Shown here: positions 60,427-64,000 of the stretch, piece by piece
How positions within the stretch are numbered: position 1 is the first letter of the stretch
How the letters are laid out: every line of letters begins with the position of its first letter
Assembly: GCA_951406725.2 (NCBI GenBank)
Contig: OX597840.1
Span: 16,616,001 to 16,680,000 of the forward strand
Length of the DNA: 64,000 nucleotides
Source: Octopus vulgaris
Lineage: Eukaryota
Direction of reading: 5' to 3'
Notes under the pieces: model-generated
What the model was told of the DNA's origin: nothing
Database searches by the model: none
What the model saw: the letters and a program-made list of their open reading frames with translations, nothing else
Program-made: the position numbers and the translations under genes

Positions 60427-60910
60427 ATGGGTTGGCAACTAAGTTCCCGCCGTTTTTTATAAATTTAGGAATTTATTGCGTTTTTAAATTTTGGAATTTA
60501 TCTTTTTAGAGAATTCTATTTTCGAATAATTTTGGAATCTATTTTCTTTTTTTTTTCAAGTTAATTTTGGCTAATTTTTGTTTATTTTCATATCATTAAA
60601 ATGGAATGTCAAGTTAGGAAAAACGTGCATTTTTGACACCTTCTTCTTTTTACTTTTAATCTCTTTCAAATGCTATGTGCGGAGTTTTGTTCAATACTGA
60701 TGCAGAATTAAGAATTTGGTTGGATCACTTTTTCGAGTCGAAATCGGGTGATTTCTACCAACGAGGTATTGAAAATCTTGTTGAACGTTGGGAAGAAGTT
60801 GTAAACAACAAGGATGAATACATTATTGATTAATTAGTTGTTATTTTTTTATTAAACGTTTTAAAAAACTTAAAATTTAAAAAACGGCGGGAACTTAGTT
60901 GCCAACCCAA
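60427..60910 (+). mobile_element. Internally deleted derivative (MITE) of the 7038-8210 mariner family
   Basis: TIRs tgggttggcaactaagttcccgccgtttttt at both ends; keeps MECQV start and GIENLVERW end. Confidence 0.93.
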
Positions 60911-60912
60911 TA

Positions 60913-60948
<36 letters not shown>

Positions 60949-60979
60949 TGTATGTATGTATGTATGTATGTATGTATAT

Positions 60980-61195
60980 TTTTGTGTGTCTGTGTTTGCC
61001 TAACCCCCATTATCGTTTGACAACAGATGTTGGTATGTTGCCCCGTAACTTAGTTACCTCGTAACTTAGCAGTTTGGCAAAAGAGAACCGATAGAATAAG
61101 TACTAGGCTTACAAAGAATAAGCCCTGGGGTCGATTTATTCGACTAAAGGTGGTGCTCCAGCACGGCTGCAGTCAAATGGCTGAAACAAATAAAA

Positions 61196-61200
<5 letters not shown>
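60980..61200 (+). mobile_element. SINE family B 3' half
   Basis: Homology to other B copies. Confidence 0.82.
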
Positions 61201-61269
<69 letters not shown>

Positions 61270-61815
61270 TCACCAAACGGTGTAAAATTAACGGCAGAAC
61301 TCGAAGCTACACAAATAAGATCGATACAATGCAACATATCAGCTACAGGGAGAGACCGAAAGAGTTAAGACTCTACTCCCTGGAGCGAAGGCGGGAATGG
61401 TATGCAATGATATCCATCTGGAAAATCCTAGAAAAACTTGTTCCAAACTTTGGCATTGTCACATGCACAAACTGCAAACTGCATGTTACCAAAAGTCCCA
61501 ACATTGCCATCAGGACACAGGACCGCATACTGCGACAACTTGGGCTTCAAAGGCCCAGAGCTCTTCAATATTCTCCCACAAAGCCTGAGAGATCTGCATG
61601 GCATGGATGTAGGCTTTTTCAAAACAAAACAAGATCTCTTTCTGTCAAGAGTTCCGGATGAACCTACCTCTAGGCAAAGAACACAGATGAAGGCAACAAC
61701 GTCAAACTCCTTCGTCCACTCAATGTCACATATCAGAGGAGGTTTAGTGAAAGTGTAGCAAAGTAAACGGCGGTACCCCAGTATGGCCGCAGTCCTTGGA
61801 CTGAAACTTAAAATA

Positions 61816-61816
<1 letters not shown>
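61270..61816 (+). mobile_element. CR1/Jockey-group LINE 3' end
   Basis: SYRERPKELRLYSLERRRE, GPELFNILP, FK..DLFLSRVPDEP, stop at 61758, short 3' UTR. Confidence 0.85.
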
Positions 61817-61850
<34 letters not shown>

Positions 61851-61894
61851 CAGAGAATCTGCTACGCATGCCTGAGAACAGAAACCAGTGACAA

Positions 61895-62105
61895 CGGCGA
61901 GCTGGCAGAAACGGTAGCACACTGGGCGGAATGCTTAGCGGTATTTCGTCTACCGCTACGTTCTGAGATTTTACCTTTTATCCTTTCGGGGCGGATAAAT
62001 TAAGTACCAGTTACGCACTGGGGTCGATGTAATTGACTTAATCCCTTTGTCTGACCTTGCTTGTCCCCTCTATATTTAGCTCCTTGTGGGCAATAAAGAA
62101 CTAAG
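61895..62105 (+). mobile_element. SINE family C full copy with TSD
   Basis: agaaaccagtgacaac duplicated at 61880 and 62104. Confidence 0.88.
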
Positions 62106-62702
62106 AAACCAGTGACAACGGCTCTGGTCGGCTCGAGGCTATAACAGAAGACACTTGCCCAAGATGCTACGAGAAGGGACTCACTCCAAAACCATGTGGT
62201 CTGGAAGTGAACTACTGACCTTAGAATATAGAAGATTGTTAAGTGGAGCAGATTGGATGTATTTTCACTTTACTTCGGAAATCAATAAATAACGTTTGTA
62301 GATGCGGTTGTTTTCGTGCTCTTTGACGATTTACATTGAAGCCCTTGTCACCGACTGGATTTTTATAGCCAGGTTTCACAGGATCTGCCTTTCTACACCG
62401 GCTGAAGAAGTGAGTTGTGTGTCAGGGAAGATTCATGTATGCTTAGTCACAACACTCGAGCGCGCGCACACACACACATACTCTCTCTCTCTCTTTCTAG
62501 CATATGCACATGCATGAGTATAGGTATATGTATATATATATGAATATATGTGTGGGTGTATATTGTGTGTGTGTGTGTTATAGCGAAAGGTTGAGAGATT
62601 GAAAGAAAGACATGGAGTGGTGTGCATGTGAGTGTGTTTGGTATTTATGCATGTGTGTATAAACATAAAGATATACATGCGCACATAAATATCTGTCTGT
62701 CG

Positions 62703-63180
62703 ACCTACCTACCTACCTACCTACATACCTACCTACCTACCTACCTACCAACCTACCTACCTACCTACCTATATACCTACCTACCTACCTACCTACCTAC
62801 CTACCTACCTACCTACCTACCTACCTACATACCTACCAACCTACCTACCTACCTACCTACCTACCTACCTACCTACCTACATACCTGCCTACCTACCTAC
62901 CTACCTAGCTACCTACCTACCTACCTACCTACCTATATACCTACCTACCTACCTACCTACCTACCTACCTACCTACCTACCTACCAACCTACTTACCTAC
63001 CTACCTACCTACCTACCTACCAACCTACTTACCTACCTACCTACCTACCTACCAACCTACTTACCTACCTACCTACCTACCTACCTACCTACCTACCTAC
63101 CTACCTACCTACCTACCTACCTACCTACCTACCTACCTACCTACCTACCTACCTGCCTACCTATCTACCTACATACTTAC
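62703..63180. repeat. (ACCT)n microsatellite
   Basis: Direct reading. Confidence 0.96.
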
Positions 63181-63324
63181 TTATATCTGTCTCTGTGTGT
63201 CTGTCTATCTGTTTCTCTCTCGGTACATACACACAAATATATATTTATATCTTCACATATACGTACATCTGTCTATTTAACTATATATCTATATGTGTGT
63301 GGGTATATGTGCGTGAATGTATGT

Positions 63325-63393
<69 letters not shown>

Positions 63394-64000
63394 CACACAT
63401 ACATACATAGATATAGATAAAGATATATATTATGTATATGTATAGAAAAACAGATATATAGATATTATTACTGCATGTGTGGGAACAAAAGAGACAAAGA
63501 AAAGACAGGCAGACAGAAAGAGAAAAAAGAAATAGAGAGATACATAGAGACAGACAGACAGAATGAAAAAGAAAGGCAACATCTTTTTTTCCAGACATAT
63601 TACATTGAACACAAGGCCGTGTTTGAATTTAATATTAATAATTAAAGATTTCCCATATTTCCTAATTAATCCTCGTGTGTTTAATTTGCAACAACAGCAT
63701 GCTAAGACCACTAAGTTTTGCAGAAATCTCTTTCATCATCGTCTCTGCGACAGAACAGAAGCATTGGCGTGCTGTCTGCTATTTTGTTCTCGAAAGCCTT
63801 TGAAAGGTTGATAGATTTAGAAAGATTATTGTTCGAAACAAATGTTAAGGATCGTAAATAAGGAAATACGAGGAGTCTCTGGTAAAAGAAAAAGATTAAC
63901 CCAGAACACAGTCGTGATTGCAATACACGCCGCTTCACATGTCTCTATCGTTGGCCAACTTAATCTATAGATCTAACAACATTGTGTGTGAGTATATATA

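Overview
AT-rich, microsatellite-saturated eukaryotic DNA. The repeat families and simple-repeat load look like a coleoid cephalopod (Octopus-like) genome; this is an inference. No host protein-coding gene, rRNA, tRNA gene or CRISPR array is supported, so the window reads as intergenic or deep intronic. Most ORFs in the supplied track are microsatellite artefacts. Real content: several decayed Tc1/mariner elements and MITEs (one near-complete mariner at 58656-59945); a broken Helitron RepHel with a nested Tc1, plus non-autonomous Helitrons; three restriction-like-endonuclease (R4/Dong-type) LINE relics sitting inside microsatellites; CR1-like, RTE-like and L1/Tx1-like LINE fragments; and three abundant SINE families. 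The most striking signal is a set of about eight type-I hammerhead ribozyme motifs with short palindromic stem III, several embedded in long fold-back repeats. One is a tandem pair 334 bp apart in which both copies carry a compensatory U3-A8 core, which fits a Penelope-like or retrozyme-like system that could make circular RNA.
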